Below, one piece after another: positions 29,490 through 39,637 of a stretch of 64,000 nucleotides of DNA (position 1 is its first letter; each line of letters starts with the position of its first letter). Location of the stretch: assembly GCA_963758295.1 (NCBI GenBank), contig CAVWUU010000003.1, positions 128,001 through 192,000 of the forward strand, read 5' to 3'. The notes under the pieces were generated by a model. That model was given only the letters and a program-made list of their open reading frames with translations, was not told the DNA's origin and made no database searches. The position numbers and the translations under genes were made by a program. Source of the DNA: Candidatus Eremiobacteria bacterium. Its GTDB lineage: Bacteria > Vulcanimicrobiota > Vulcanimicrobiia > Vulcanimicrobiales > Vulcanimicrobiaceae.

Positions 29490-32218
29490 CGCGCCTTGTG
29501 ATGAAACGCGCGCTCGCAATGCTGTTGCTGGCTGCACAAACTGCGGCAGGGATAGCCGCCGGTGAAGTCGCCGCCGTTATTCCGGCTCAAGCAGCGTCGT
29601 ACACGTGTAATGCGGGCAAGGACGGTGCCGCCGGTTCGCTTACAGGCGCATACAACACCTATTACACGCCGCCGGCGGGTACGGCCGCTTCGGGCGCGAC
29701 GTCGATTCAGCTTGGAACCGTGGATACGGGCGGAGGCGGTGCTTCAACCGTCGTTGCTGCGGGGGATTTGTTGCTGATTATTCAGATGCAAGACGGCTCG
29801 CTCAACGACGTCAATTCGTCGTCGTACGGCATGACGAGCGTTGGAAACGCAGGTCTCTACGAGTACGTGCAAGTCGTCTCGGTCAGCGCCGGGACGGCGA
29901 CTATTTACGGTGCCAATGCCGGCAGGCCTCATCAATTCGTACACCGAAGCCGCGGCGACGAGTTCCAGCGGCCAGAAAACGTATCAAATCATTCGCGTGC
30001 CGCAATATGTCAGCGCCACGCTGACGGGCACGTTTCACGCCGGATACTGGGACGGAAAAACCGGCGGCGTGGCCGCGCTGGACATCGCGACGACGTTAAA
30101 CCTAGGCGGCGCTTCGCTTTATGCGACGGGTGACGGATTTCGCGGCGGCGGCGTATCGGTTGCCGGCGGCACCTCGAACTCGGCGGTTTTAAACAGCGAC
30201 TGGATGGTGCCAGGCTTTACGAACAACTCGAACCCGCCGTCGCATGGATTCAAAGGCGAAGGCATTCTCGGAACACCGGCGTACACGTTCGGTTACACCG
30301 TATTCACCACGCCGTCCACGCCCGCGAGCCCAACGGTCAATAAGGGCGCGGCCGACGGGTATCCGGGCGGCGACATGGCGCGCGGCGCGCCGGGTAACGC
30401 GGGCGGCGGCGGCACGGATGCCGATCCCGTTTCGAACGATCAAAACACCGGTGGCGGCGGCGGGTCCAACGGCGGGAACGGCGGCAACGGCGGCTGGCCC
30501 TGGACTCCGAGCGAGCCGCAGTATCCACAAAATTCTCCGGGCGCTAACGCTGCAGGGAATTATGCGGCAGCCGATGCCACGCACAATCCGGACATCGGCG
30601 GGCGCGGCGCAACGGCGATGACGCTTGCTGTTATCGCGCGTTTTCCTGGGCGGCGGCGGCGGCGCCGGTTCGAACAACAACGGTTCAAACAATAACTCTG
30701 CAAACAATTACGGTTCTTCCGGCGGAACAGGCGGCGGCATCATCATGATGCGCATCGCGCGACACGAGCGGTTCGCCGGCAACCATTTATGCCGACGGTA
30801 CTACCGGTCTCGCGCCCGACAACGACGGCGGGGGCGGCGGCGGAGCGGGCGGAACGGTTGTCATCACATCGCCGAAGCAGTTTACCGGCGTTACGGTCTA
30901 TGCTCGCGGCGCAGCGGGAACCTCGGCGTATTACAAAACCGCGGATACGAGCTCGACGACTGCACACGGCCCGGGCGGCGGCGGCGGCGGCGGTGCCGTT
31001 TATTCCAGCAGTCCCGTTACTGCAACCGTTAGCGGCGGTACAAACGGCGTGACCGTTTACGGCGTGAGCGAAGCGTATGGCGCAACGCCGGGCACGGCCG
31101 GCACCTCGTCGGTAATAAGCGCCGGTTCGATTCCGGGCGTGCCGTCCGGCGCCGAATGTTACACCACGCCCACGGCGACGTCGCCGTTGTACCTCGGTCC
31201 GGTCGATGCGACGGAAGCAACGTACAACGGGTCGGATTACACCGGTTCTTACAACGGCTCGGCGAGTGCAACGAACAACGATGATTTCACGGCGCGCAGC
31301 TTCGACCCCGGAGGCGTCGCCATGACGAACGCCGGAACGACGCCGGGCACGCCGGTTGGTAATGCGCTCGCCGGTACTGCGACGGTCAACGTCCCAAACG
31401 AGCTGTACTATAGCAACGCCGGCGTCAATTCCGCAAAGACGCTCACGCTAAGCGGGACTGCGCCGCTGACCCCATCAGGTTGGATTATCCGATTTTGCCC
31501 GGATAGTGCGGGTGTTCCGGACTGCAGCGGCGGGACAACAACGCCGTTTGCGCCCACTACAGCCGGCACAACCACCTCGACGACAATAGCCGTTGCCAAG
31601 AAACAGAATTCCGGGTCGGCAAAATTTTGGGCGGTCTACAGCGCGCCGACAGGCACTACCGCTTTCACGCGTTACGATTCCGTACTGAGCTTGGATGACG
31701 GCACGTCGACGAATCTCACGCACGATGAGCTTTACACCGGGTTCATTCCAATCACGAAGCAAACGACGGTGGTTGCTAACGGGTGTCCTGCGAACGTGAC
31801 GCCGCCGGCGGGCGGAATTTGTCCGGGCGGTGTTTTGCGATATACGCTTGATTACCGCAACATCATGACGGGTGCGGGACAAGGAACCGAAGGGCAGTTG
31901 CTTTCCGCGTTTCTGGCGACCGCGGCCGGACAGTTGAGCATCACCGACAACGGCGCGGCAGCGGGAAATTCGTGGGCCACGAATACGAACGGGCTGAAAG
32001 AGAATCTCTTCGCTGCGCTAGGCGCGGCGAACTCGAGCTGCGGCGCAACGGCGAACAAGTGCGGCGACTCAACCACCGGGACCGCCTTTACGGGTGCGAC
32101 CGCCGGTTCAACGTCCTTTACGGCAACCATCGGCGGCGCGACGTTTCAGCTGGTCCCGTCGGGAGTTACAGGCGGTACGTCGCAAGGAACGATTACGTTC
32201 GCCGTAGTTATTAAGTAG
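29486..32218 (+). CDS. Secreted Gly-rich adhesin-like protein (about 910 aa), C-terminus paralogous to 21450-23942; putative tip; about 3 frameshifts
   Basis: Signal peptide, GDLLLIIQMQD, many GGGG runs, and C-terminal THDELYTGFIPITK...VLRYTLDYRN...GTITFAVVIK*. Frameshifts near 29925, 30635 and 30760. Confidence 0.7.
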
Positions 32219-32225
32219 CGTATTC

Positions 32226-33494
32226 ATGCTACAAACTGACGTGGCCGTCATCGGCGCAGGCGCGGCCGGTCTCGCGGCAGCGCGACGCCTGCGCGATCGC
32301 GGCCTCAATGTGTTGGTGCTCGAGGGACGCGATCGCATCGGCGGTCGCGCATATACCCTTGCTTCGCACGACGGATCGCAGCCGATCGAACTGGGCGCCG
32401 AGTTCATTCACGGAACGCCCGAATCGACGTTTGGGTTATTGCGCGAAAGCGGCGAGAGCGCGATTGATGAAGCGCCGCATTCCATGCTCGTCCGTGATGG
32501 AACGGATCGGCCCGCGCCGGACATATGGGAAACCACCGAACGCCTTCTGGCGCGCGTCGACGTGCATGAGCCTGACACCACCATCGACCAATTCCTCGAA
32601 ACCGTTCCCCCGTCCGAAGCGACGCTTCAGGACCGCGACGCGGTGCGCACGCTGGTCGAAGGATTCGATGCGGCGATCACCAGCGAGGCAAGCACGATCG
32701 CCATTGCGCAGGAGTGGCGGGGCGACCAAAACGGATCGCAGTTTCGCCCGATGAACGGATATGCGCCGCTGATGGAATATCTCGCGCGCATTGTCAATGC
32801 GCAAACGATGTTACGTGCATGGGTGCGCGAAGTCGAGTGGCGCCGAGGCGACGTCCGCATTCGCGGAACGCGCTATGGCCAAAATTTTGAAGTTCGCGCG
32901 AAGCGGGTCGTCGTTACGCTACCGATCGGCGTGTTCCATAGCGGCAGCGTCAAGTTCGACCCGGTGCTACCTTCCGCAACGCAAACAGCCATCGATGCGA
33001 TTGCCATGGGGCCCGTAATCAAGGTCGTCCTCGACTTTCGCACGCCGTTTTGGGAGAAGGTCGAAGGTGGACGGTACCGGGACGTCGCGTTCTTCCAGGC
33101 GCCGGATTGCCAATTTCGTACCTTATGGACGCGATTACCGCAACGGACGCCGTTGCTTGTCGCATGGGCCGGTGGCGGCGCGGTACGGCGCTTGCTGGCA
33201 CGGCAAATCGATCCGATCTACGGAGCCATGCAAACGTGTCAAACGCTCTTTCCGTCGGTAGACGTGCACGCCGAGTTGCGCAACGCGTACTTTCACGACT
33301 GGCAGGCCGACCCGTTCTCCTGTGGGGCGTATAGCTTCTTGCGGGTTAACGGCGGCGATGCGCGAGCGGCATTTAGCATACCCGTCGAAGACACGTTGTT
33401 TTTCGCGGGCGAAGCGACGTCGGCCGACGAGACGGGCACCGTTGCGGGCGCCCTTGAGAGCGGCTTCCGCGCGGCGGCCGAAATTCTCGCATAA
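32226..33494 (+). CDS. Flavin monoamine oxidase family protein
   Basis: GAGAAGL...EGRDRIGGR, ELGAEF, and FAGEAT...GTVAGALESG motifs. Confidence 0.9.
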   Translation: MLQTDVAVIGAGAAGLAAARRLRDRGLNVLVLEGRDRIGGRAYTLASHDGSQPIELGAEFIHGTPESTFGLLRESGESAIDEAPHSMLVRDGTDRPAPDIWETTERLLARVDVHEPDTTIDQFLETVPPSEATLQDRDAVRTLVEGFDAAITSEASTIAIAQEWRGDQNGSQFRPMNGYAPLMEYLARIVNAQTMLRAWVREVEWRRGDVRIRGTRYGQNFEVRAKRVVVTLPIGVFHSGSVKFDPVLPSATQTAIDAIAMGPVIKVVLDFRTPFWEKVEGGRYRDVAFFQAPDCQFRTLWTRLPQRTPLLVAWAGGGAVRRLLARQIDPIYGAMQTCQTLFPSVDVHAELRNAYFHDWQADPFSCGAYSFLRVNGGDARAAFSIPVEDTLFFAGEATSADETGTVAGALESGFRAAAEILA

Positions 33495-34038
33495 CTACTT
33501 CTGGTCGTCCTTGCTCTCGAGCTGTTCCAGCGCTAGATACGTAACGACGTCCCACGCGTTGTGAATACCCATGAAAATCAGCGCCACGTCGGTCGCCGCC
33601 ACGCCGAAGAGCGTCTGTTCCGGAAAACTCTCTAACAACGCACCCCACACGATTAGAGAGAAATAGACGATCAATGGGAGTAGTGCGTACCAGACCCAAT
33701 CTTCGGCGTCCGGCTCGTATGCGGTTTGCAGCCGGGTGCGACGAACCAGCCTCAAGACGTAAAGAAATCCCACGATCCCCTCGAGGGCGAGGAGGGCACC
33801 GGCATGCATAAGCGCGTGCCAGGGCGCGGTGAGCCCGGTCGACGAGGAATGCTGCGCAAAAATGCACGATGGTAGGCGTAGTGAAGGTTCCGATTCCCTC
33901 CCGCGAGGGCCGCGTGTTCATGGAAGTGATGAGCGTAACGACGACAAAAACCAGGCCGGTTAGCGCGGCGGAAGAAGAACCGGCGATTACGTAAAAATTT
34001 GACCACGGCGCGAAGTAGGCAGACGCCGCGTCGTGCAT
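33495..34038 (-). CDS. Hypothetical membrane protein (frameshift near 33840)
   Basis: WSNFYVIAGSSSAALTGLVFVV...PTIVHF continues in another frame as TAPWHAL...IHNAWDVVTY. Confidence 0.65.
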
Positions 34039-34049
34039 CGCTTTCCTTG

Positions 34050-34829
34050 CTAGACCTGGGCGCCGTAGTGGGTTTTTGCGCGCTCGAGAATTGCGGCGGC
34101 GTGGCCCGGAAGATGGCTGCGCAGCCAAAGAATAAGCGACTCGGCGTGGGGCACGGTTCCCCATTCCGCGGGGTGATTGGCCTTTATTACCGGTCTTAGC
34201 CACTCGGCGCGATCGCCCAACACTTCGTCCAGCGCACGGTTCAACGCGAGCGCCAGCCGGTTCGCGTCTTCATCGGAAATAAGGTACTCGTGCGAGCGCA
34301 TGATGCGGTCGATCGACGACGAGCTAAAATCGGAGGTGAACACGTCGATGGGATAACCGCAAAAGAGCTTAAATGGTTTGGCAAGCTGCAGCTCACTCCA
34401 AAGCCTTTCCAGCTCGGCGGCAGCATCGTATTTGCGCTCTTGCCACAACTCACCGACCATTTCGCCGTACGCGCGCACGGGCTTCCCCCTGCGGAAGCGG
34501 CGTCGATCGCACCGCCGATCAATCCGAAAAACTTCGTTTCATTTACGCTATCGTTGTCTAGAAAGCGCGCGAGCGTTTCGTGTACGTCTAAGAAGCGAAT
34601 GCGGTGGTCCCTGAGCAACGCCTGCAGACCCAGCCCTGCGTCGGTAATCCGGCGGTAGAAGGCATCGCGATGAGCCGGAGTCGCGATGACTACGAGCCGA
34701 TTCGCCGGCGTACAAGCCGTCGATGATAAACGCGCCGACGTTCTCCGCCAGCGTTCCGGTGCCCGCGCCGTAGAATGCAACAACGTGGTGGTGGCCGCGA
34801 AGCCGGCTGGGTTCACCCGGAGCGCTCAT
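34050..34829 (-). CDS. Stand-alone MEDS-domain sensory protein (two frameshifts)
   Basis: HVVAFY, VIATPAHR, RAYGEMVGELW, LERLWSEL and FCGYP distributed over three frames. Confidence 0.75.
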
Positions 34830-34970
34830 CCCCGGCCATTTATTTGCGTCGGCCGCCCGGTCCTTGATACACAGCAGGTGCCCGGTGGCTGGCAACCTTG
34901 CCGAACAATAGTTTTAAATCTTGCGCGCTCGCCCTTGCTTGTGTAGTGTCAGCGAAGGACAGGAGCGACG

Positions 34971-35714
34971 ATGAACGAGCAAGTCGTATTGTTGACCGGC
35001 GGATCGCGCGGTATTGGTTCGGCAACCGTTCGTGCGCTTCACGCACAGGGCGCGAGCGTGCTGTTTACTTATACCTCCCGCGCGGACGAAGCTTTTGCGC
35101 TGCGCGAGGAGCTGGGCGATAGCGTCGCAACCGTTGCGTGTGATTTAGCCGATTCCGCATCGCTTCCACTTGTCGTGGAGGCTTGCGTGGAGCGCTTCGG
35201 CCGGCTGGACGTGTTGATCAATAACGGCGCCGTTTTCGAACACAATCCATTTTTTGGCGCAAGCTACGAAGCGTGGCAACGCGGCTGGGCGCGAACCTTT
35301 TCCATCAATCTGTTTGGAACGGCAAATTTAACTTGGCTCGCGCTTCAGCGCATGCGCGAGCAGCGTTACGGCAAGATTATCAACGTGGCATCGCGTTCCG
35401 CACATCGCGGCGAGCTTGAGTTTGCCGACTACGGTGCCAGCAAAGCGGCGCTGGTGAATCTGACGAAATCCATCGCGAGGTCGTGCGCGCCGGATGGCAT
35501 CGTCGCAATTGCGGTCGCCCCGGGTTTTATCGAAACGGAGATGGCTGCGGAAGAACTGGAGAATCGCCGGAGCGAGATCGAAGGCGAAATCCCCGCACGC
35601 CGAGTGGGCACGGCGGAAGAAGTCGCCTCCATTATCGCCTTCTTCGCAAGCCGGGCCGGCGATTACGCTAATGGCGCGACCATCGACGTTAACGGCGGCA
35701 GCTACGTTCGTTAG
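34971..35714 (+). CDS. SDR family oxidoreductase
   Basis: TGGSRGIG, NNGA and YGASK motifs. Confidence 0.92.
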   Translation: MNEQVVLLTGGSRGIGSATVRALHAQGASVLFTYTSRADEAFALREELGDSVATVACDLADSASLPLVVEACVERFGRLDVLINNGAVFEHNPFFGASYEAWQRGWARTFSINLFGTANLTWLALQRMREQRYGKIINVASRSAHRGELEFADYGASKAALVNLTKSIARSCAPDGIVAIAVAPGFIETEMAAEELENRRSEIEGEIPARRVGTAEEVASIIAFFASRAGDYANGATIDVNGGSYVR

Positions 35715-36070
35715 CGAGGCTCGAGCAAGCCGAGCCGTTCCAATCGGCGCACGATCGCGCCGCGGCTGCGTTCGAATTCCTTAATCAGCGTTGCTACGGA
35801 CGCGCCCTCGCGATAACGATCCCCAAGGCGCGATGTCTCGTCGTCGTTCCACGGTGCGTACGCTTTCGCAAAGCGGCGCTTGATTTCGGATTTGTCGACG
35901 CGTACCGCGGGACGAAAGGCCTTCGGGTTTTCTTTGAAAGCGGCGAGCCGTCCACGTACGTGCTGAAGGACGTGCTGCTCCACGCTTTCCATCGTTTGCG
36001 CACCTTCTGGTAATGCGTCCCAGACGCTCGCGATAGTGTGATCGATGAGGAGTTGCGGTTCAATTGCCAT
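35711..36070 (-). CDS. Hypothetical protein with C-terminal HTH/Myb-like module
   Basis: AYAPWNDDETSRL...FERSRGAIVRRLERLGL. Confidence 0.6.
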   Translation of the reverse strand: MAIEPQLLIDHTIASVWDALPEGAQTMESVEQHVLQHVRGRLAAFKENPKAFRPAVRVDKSEIKRRFAKAYAPWNDDETSRLGDRYREGASVATLIKEFERSRGAIVRRLERLGLLEPR

Positions 36071-36190
36071 TGCGCAATGCATTACCGCTTTCCGGGGCCT
36101 CGTCTAGAGTGTGCGCTTGCTTCGCATCTTCACCGTTTCAGCGTCTTGAGTCGCAACGGCAGCGCCGCACGCGGGCGTAAAATGGCGACA

Positions 36191-37384
36191 ATGACATCGT
36201 CCGGGTACCGCGGGATTCGAACTACCGCCGGCGGCATGGCCGCGTTAATCGCAGCAATGTCGGTATCGCGCTTCGTCTACACGCCGATTCTGCCCGTGAT
36301 GATCGGACAACACGCCGTCGACCATCGGCTCGGCGCATTGCTCGCATCGGTGAATCTGCTGGGCTACTTGGCCGGCGCGATTGCTGCAGGATCGCCTTGG
36401 ATCCGCGCCCGGCGGCTGCCTGTACTCTGCTGGTCGTTGCTCATTGTCGTCCTGACGCTAGGGGCAATGGTGGTTCCCCACGCGACGGTGTTTTGGCTTA
36501 CCGCGCGTTTTCTCGCGGGCGCTGCCAGTGCGTTTGCTTTCGTTGCCGCTTCGAGTCTCGTGTTGGACTTTCGAAACGCCTCTTACGCCACCGCGCTTTT
36601 TTCATCCGTGGGCCTGGGCATTGCGCTGACCGGAATAATGATCCCGATAGTATACGCGTTCTTCCCGTTTTGGAATACGGGCTGGATAGCGTCTACCGTT
36701 TTAGCCGCGATGCTTGCGATCGTTACCGTGGTGACTGCGCGAGAACCGTCGTCTTCGCAGCGTGCCGTTACCGCGGGCGACGGACGAAGCCGGCTCACGG
36801 CCTCGATGCTTGTGGCATACATGGCCTACGGCGTCGCAGGTTTTGCCTACGTGATCCCCGCGACGTTCTTGGTTACGATCGTCGCGGAGACCGGAACTCT
36901 TCACGGATTTGCGCCACTCACGTGGATCGTCGTCGGGCTGGTGTCTGCGTTCACGACGTTCCTATGGGGGCCGCTTTCAGAGCGAATCGGGAAAGGGCCG
37001 TCCCTTGCGCTCTCGTTGGTATTACTCGCGGTTTCGTGTGCGGCGCCGGCGTTCGGAAGCGGCGCATTTCCGCCGCTGTGTGCGGCGTTTTGCCTGGGCG
37101 CGTCTTTCATGGCGATCTCGATGTTCACCGTACGGATCGTTGCCGAATTGGATCCGAAACAGAATGTACGCCGAATCGGTGAAGCGACGGCCGTCTTCAG
37201 CGTTGGACAGGTCTTGGGGCCCGTTGCTGCCGCATTTAGCTACGACCGGTACGGCTCGTACTCGGCGGCATTCGTCGTTGCGTCGTTGTTGGTACTGCTT
37301 GCCGCGGCCGCTATCGCGATCGCCTTTGGCCGCAATTCTTCTCGAGGTTTCAATGCCGTACAAGAGCAAAATCCCGTTTCTTGA
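36191..37384 (+). CDS. YbfB/YjiJ family MFS transporter
   Basis: RFVYTPILP, LASVNLLGYLAGA and YVIPATFL motifs. TAAAAT lies 7 nt before the ATG. Confidence 0.85.
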   Translation: MTSSGYRGIRTTAGGMAALIAAMSVSRFVYTPILPVMIGQHAVDHRLGALLASVNLLGYLAGAIAAGSPWIRARRLPVLCWSLLIVVLTLGAMVVPHATVFWLTARFLAGAASAFAFVAASSLVLDFRNASYATALFSSVGLGIALTGIMIPIVYAFFPFWNTGWIASTVLAAMLAIVTVVTAREPSSSQRAVTAGDGRSRLTASMLVAYMAYGVAGFAYVIPATFLVTIVAETGTLHGFAPLTWIVVGLVSAFTTFLWGPLSERIGKGPSLALSLVLLAVSCAAPAFGSGAFPPLCAAFCLGASFMAISMFTVRIVAELDPKQNVRRIGEATAVFSVGQVLGPVAAAFSYDRYGSYSAAFVVASLLVLLAAAAIAIAFGRNSSRGFNAVQEQNPVS

Positions 37385-38462
37385 AAGCGCGATCGTCCTG
37401 GCGCCTATCGCAGGCCCCGGCACGCCCGAATTAACAGCGGCCGCCGCTAATGCCGGTGCGTTCGCCTTTCTTCCATGCGCGTATAGCGACGGCGCCCGGA
37501 TGAGACGGGACATCGAAAAAGTTCGGGAGCTGACGAGCCGGCCTTTTGGCGTAAATCTGTTCGTCGAAGGTGCATTACCGGACGTCGACCCGCAAGCGTT
37601 AGAGGCAGCGAATCGCCGCCTGAATCGGTACCGGCATGAACTGGGCATCGCCGAGGTTCAGCAGCCCGCCCGTCCGCCGGAAAACTACGAGCAGCAAATC
37701 GAAGTGCTGCTCGAGGCGCGGCCGCGGGCGTTTAGTTTCGTGTTCGGGATTCCGTCGGCCGGCGTGCTTGCAACGTGTCGCGATGCCGGCATCTATACGA
37801 TTGGGACGGCGACGAGCGTTGAAGAAGCCTTGGCTTTAGAAGCGGCCGGAGTCGATGCGATTTGCGCGCAAGGCGCAGAGGCAGGCGGACACCGCGGGTG
37901 GTTTTTGACCGAAAAAGCTTTGCCGCTGATCGGAACGCTTTCGCTTGTGCCGCTGATCGTCGATGCGGTGCAAATCCCGGTCATTGCTTCCGGCGGTATC
38001 GGGGATGGGCGCGGAATCGCTGCAGTTCTGACACTTGGGGCGGAAGCAGCGCAACTGGGAACGGCGTTTCTTCTGGCGCGCGAAGCGGCCACCCCGGCCG
38101 CGTACCGACGCGCTTTGGCCGAGCGCTCCAGCAGCGAAACGGTGATAACCAAGGCGTTTTCGGGAAGGCCCGCGCGCGCAATTGCCAACCGCATGACGGT
38201 CGAACTCGCAGACGGGAAAGACATTGCGCCGTTTCCGTTTCAGAATGCAATCACGCGTGAGGTACGGAATGCGGCCGCAGCACAAGAACGCGCGGAATTT
38301 CTTTCGCTCTGGGCCGGGCAGGCGTTTCCGCTAATCCGTGAAGAGCCGGCAGCGGCGACCGTGAGCCGGCTATTGGAAGAAACCGGGGAAGCGTTGAAGC
38401 GCGCCGTGCATCGCGATCGATTATTCGAAAACATTCAGGATGGCGTGGTTCCTCCGCGATGA
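37353..38462 (+). CDS. Nitronate monooxygenase family protein
   Basis: RPFGVNLF, QGAEAGGHRG, ASGGIGDGRG and LWAGQ motifs. Confidence 0.9.
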   Translation: MPYKSKIPFLESAIVLAPIAGPGTPELTAAAANAGAFAFLPCAYSDGARMRRDIEKVRELTSRPFGVNLFVEGALPDVDPQALEAANRRLNRYRHELGIAEVQQPARPPENYEQQIEVLLEARPRAFSFVFGIPSAGVLATCRDAGIYTIGTATSVEEALALEAAGVDAICAQGAEAGGHRGWFLTEKALPLIGTLSLVPLIVDAVQIPVIASGGIGDGRGIAAVLTLGAEAAQLGTAFLLAREAATPAAYRRALAERSSSETVITKAFSGRPARAIANRMTVELADGKDIAPFPFQNAITREVRNAAAAQERAEFLSLWAGQAFPLIREEPAAATVSRLLEETGEALKRAVHRDRLFENIQDGVVPPR

Positions 38463-38504
38463 GATTCGTGAAGTAACGCATGGCATGTTGCTTGGCAAAG
38501 CGTA

Positions 38505-38709
38505 GTGTTCGGCAGAGCGGCTTTGCATTTCGCGCTCGAAACGCAACGTAGAAAGGGCGGTCGCGTTTTATCAGGACGTGTTCAATCTCGAAAAGCTCGA
38601 CGAAGGCGACCTCCAGGTGGTCGATCTTCACGACGAATCGATGGTCTGGCTCTTACCGTATCAAGAGGTGCAGAAGGCCGGTATCGCCTTCGCAAATGAA
38701 CGCGACTGA
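38505..38709 (+). pseudogene. VOC/glyoxalase-like fragment
   Basis: LHFALET joined by a frameshift to NVERAVAFYQDVFNL. Short. Confidence 0.35.
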
Positions 38710-38713
38710 ATAT

Positions 38714-39559
38714 CTAGAGTGAGGCGACGCGTTCTGCCGTGCCTGCCGCGCGCGTCGAAAGCTCCGGCACGCCGAGTCGTTCGCAGACCGCCGCGAATTC
38801 GGCGGTTGGGCCCTGCCACTGCAACTCGTCGACGCTCTCGAAGAGCTTCGCATCGGTGCGGAGCGTTGCAAGGTTCTTAAACAATAAGGCGAGGGCGCGG
38901 CGTTCTCCCAGCACTTCCGACGGAAAATCCTCAATTTTGCCATACTGCGAAAGCATCGACTGCGCCCCTTTCGGACCGATGCCCTTGATGCCGGGATATC
39001 CGTCGGCTGTGTCTCCGACGAGTGCCAGATAGTCAGGGATGAGTTGCGGAATCACTCCGAATTTCGACTGCACGCCTGCGGCATTGCGAACTACGCTGCT
39101 CCGCCGATCTACTTGAACGATACGATCCCCGCGCACGCACTGTGAGAGATCTTTGTCCGGCGTCCAAATGCAGACTTTTTGAACGCGCGGATCGTGCGAT
39201 GAAATAGCGGCTGCCGAGGCTAGCGCATCGTCAGCTTCGAGTTCGACCATGGCCCATACCATGACGCCCATCGCTCCCAACGCATCCTCGAGTGGCTCGA
39301 ATTGTGCTCTAAGCGCCGGGTCGATGCCCTCGCCCGTTTTATATCCGTCCCAGAGCTGGTTGCGAAAAGACTCGATAACGTGATCGGTAGCAACGCCAAC
39401 GTGCGTGGCGCCGTCGCCAACCATTTGCAAAACGGTATTGAGCACGCCGGCGACGGCGCCGAAGCGAGTGATCTTCCCACTCTTGGCGGCGCCGTAAAAA
39501 TGCCGGAATAGCTCGTACGTTCCGTCGATCAGATGGACGATCACAGACGTGGAGTTCAC
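38714..39559 (-). CDS. Stand-alone 5'-3' exonuclease / flap endonuclease
   Basis: LIDG, EADD, DKDL and LVGDTADGYPGIKGIGPK motifs. Confidence 0.9.
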   Translation of the reverse strand: MNSTSVIVHLIDGTYELFRHFYGAAKSGKITRFGAVAGVLNTVLQMVGDGATHVGVATDHVIESFRNQLWDGYKTGEGIDPALRAQFEPLEDALGAMGVMVWAMVELEADDALASAAAISSHDPRVQKVCIWTPDKDLSQCVRGDRIVQVDRRSSVVRNAAGVQSKFGVIPQLIPDYLALVGDTADGYPGIKGIGPKGAQSMLSQYGKIEDFPSEVLGERRALALLFKNLATLRTDAKLFESVDELQWQGPTAEFAAVCERLGVPELSTRAAGTAERVASL

Positions 39560-39637
39560 TGCGGTCCCCCGAGCGCCTTCGGAGAAGGCTTACGGGAGCG
39601 GTTGCTCGCAAAATAGCGCACGCCGCGCGGGCAATTC

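Noticed and set aside
30130..31000. GGC-rich runs as a DNA repeat array or CRISPR
   Set aside because: They encode Gly runs of the adhesin, with no fixed-length repeat-spacer periodicity and no cas genes.
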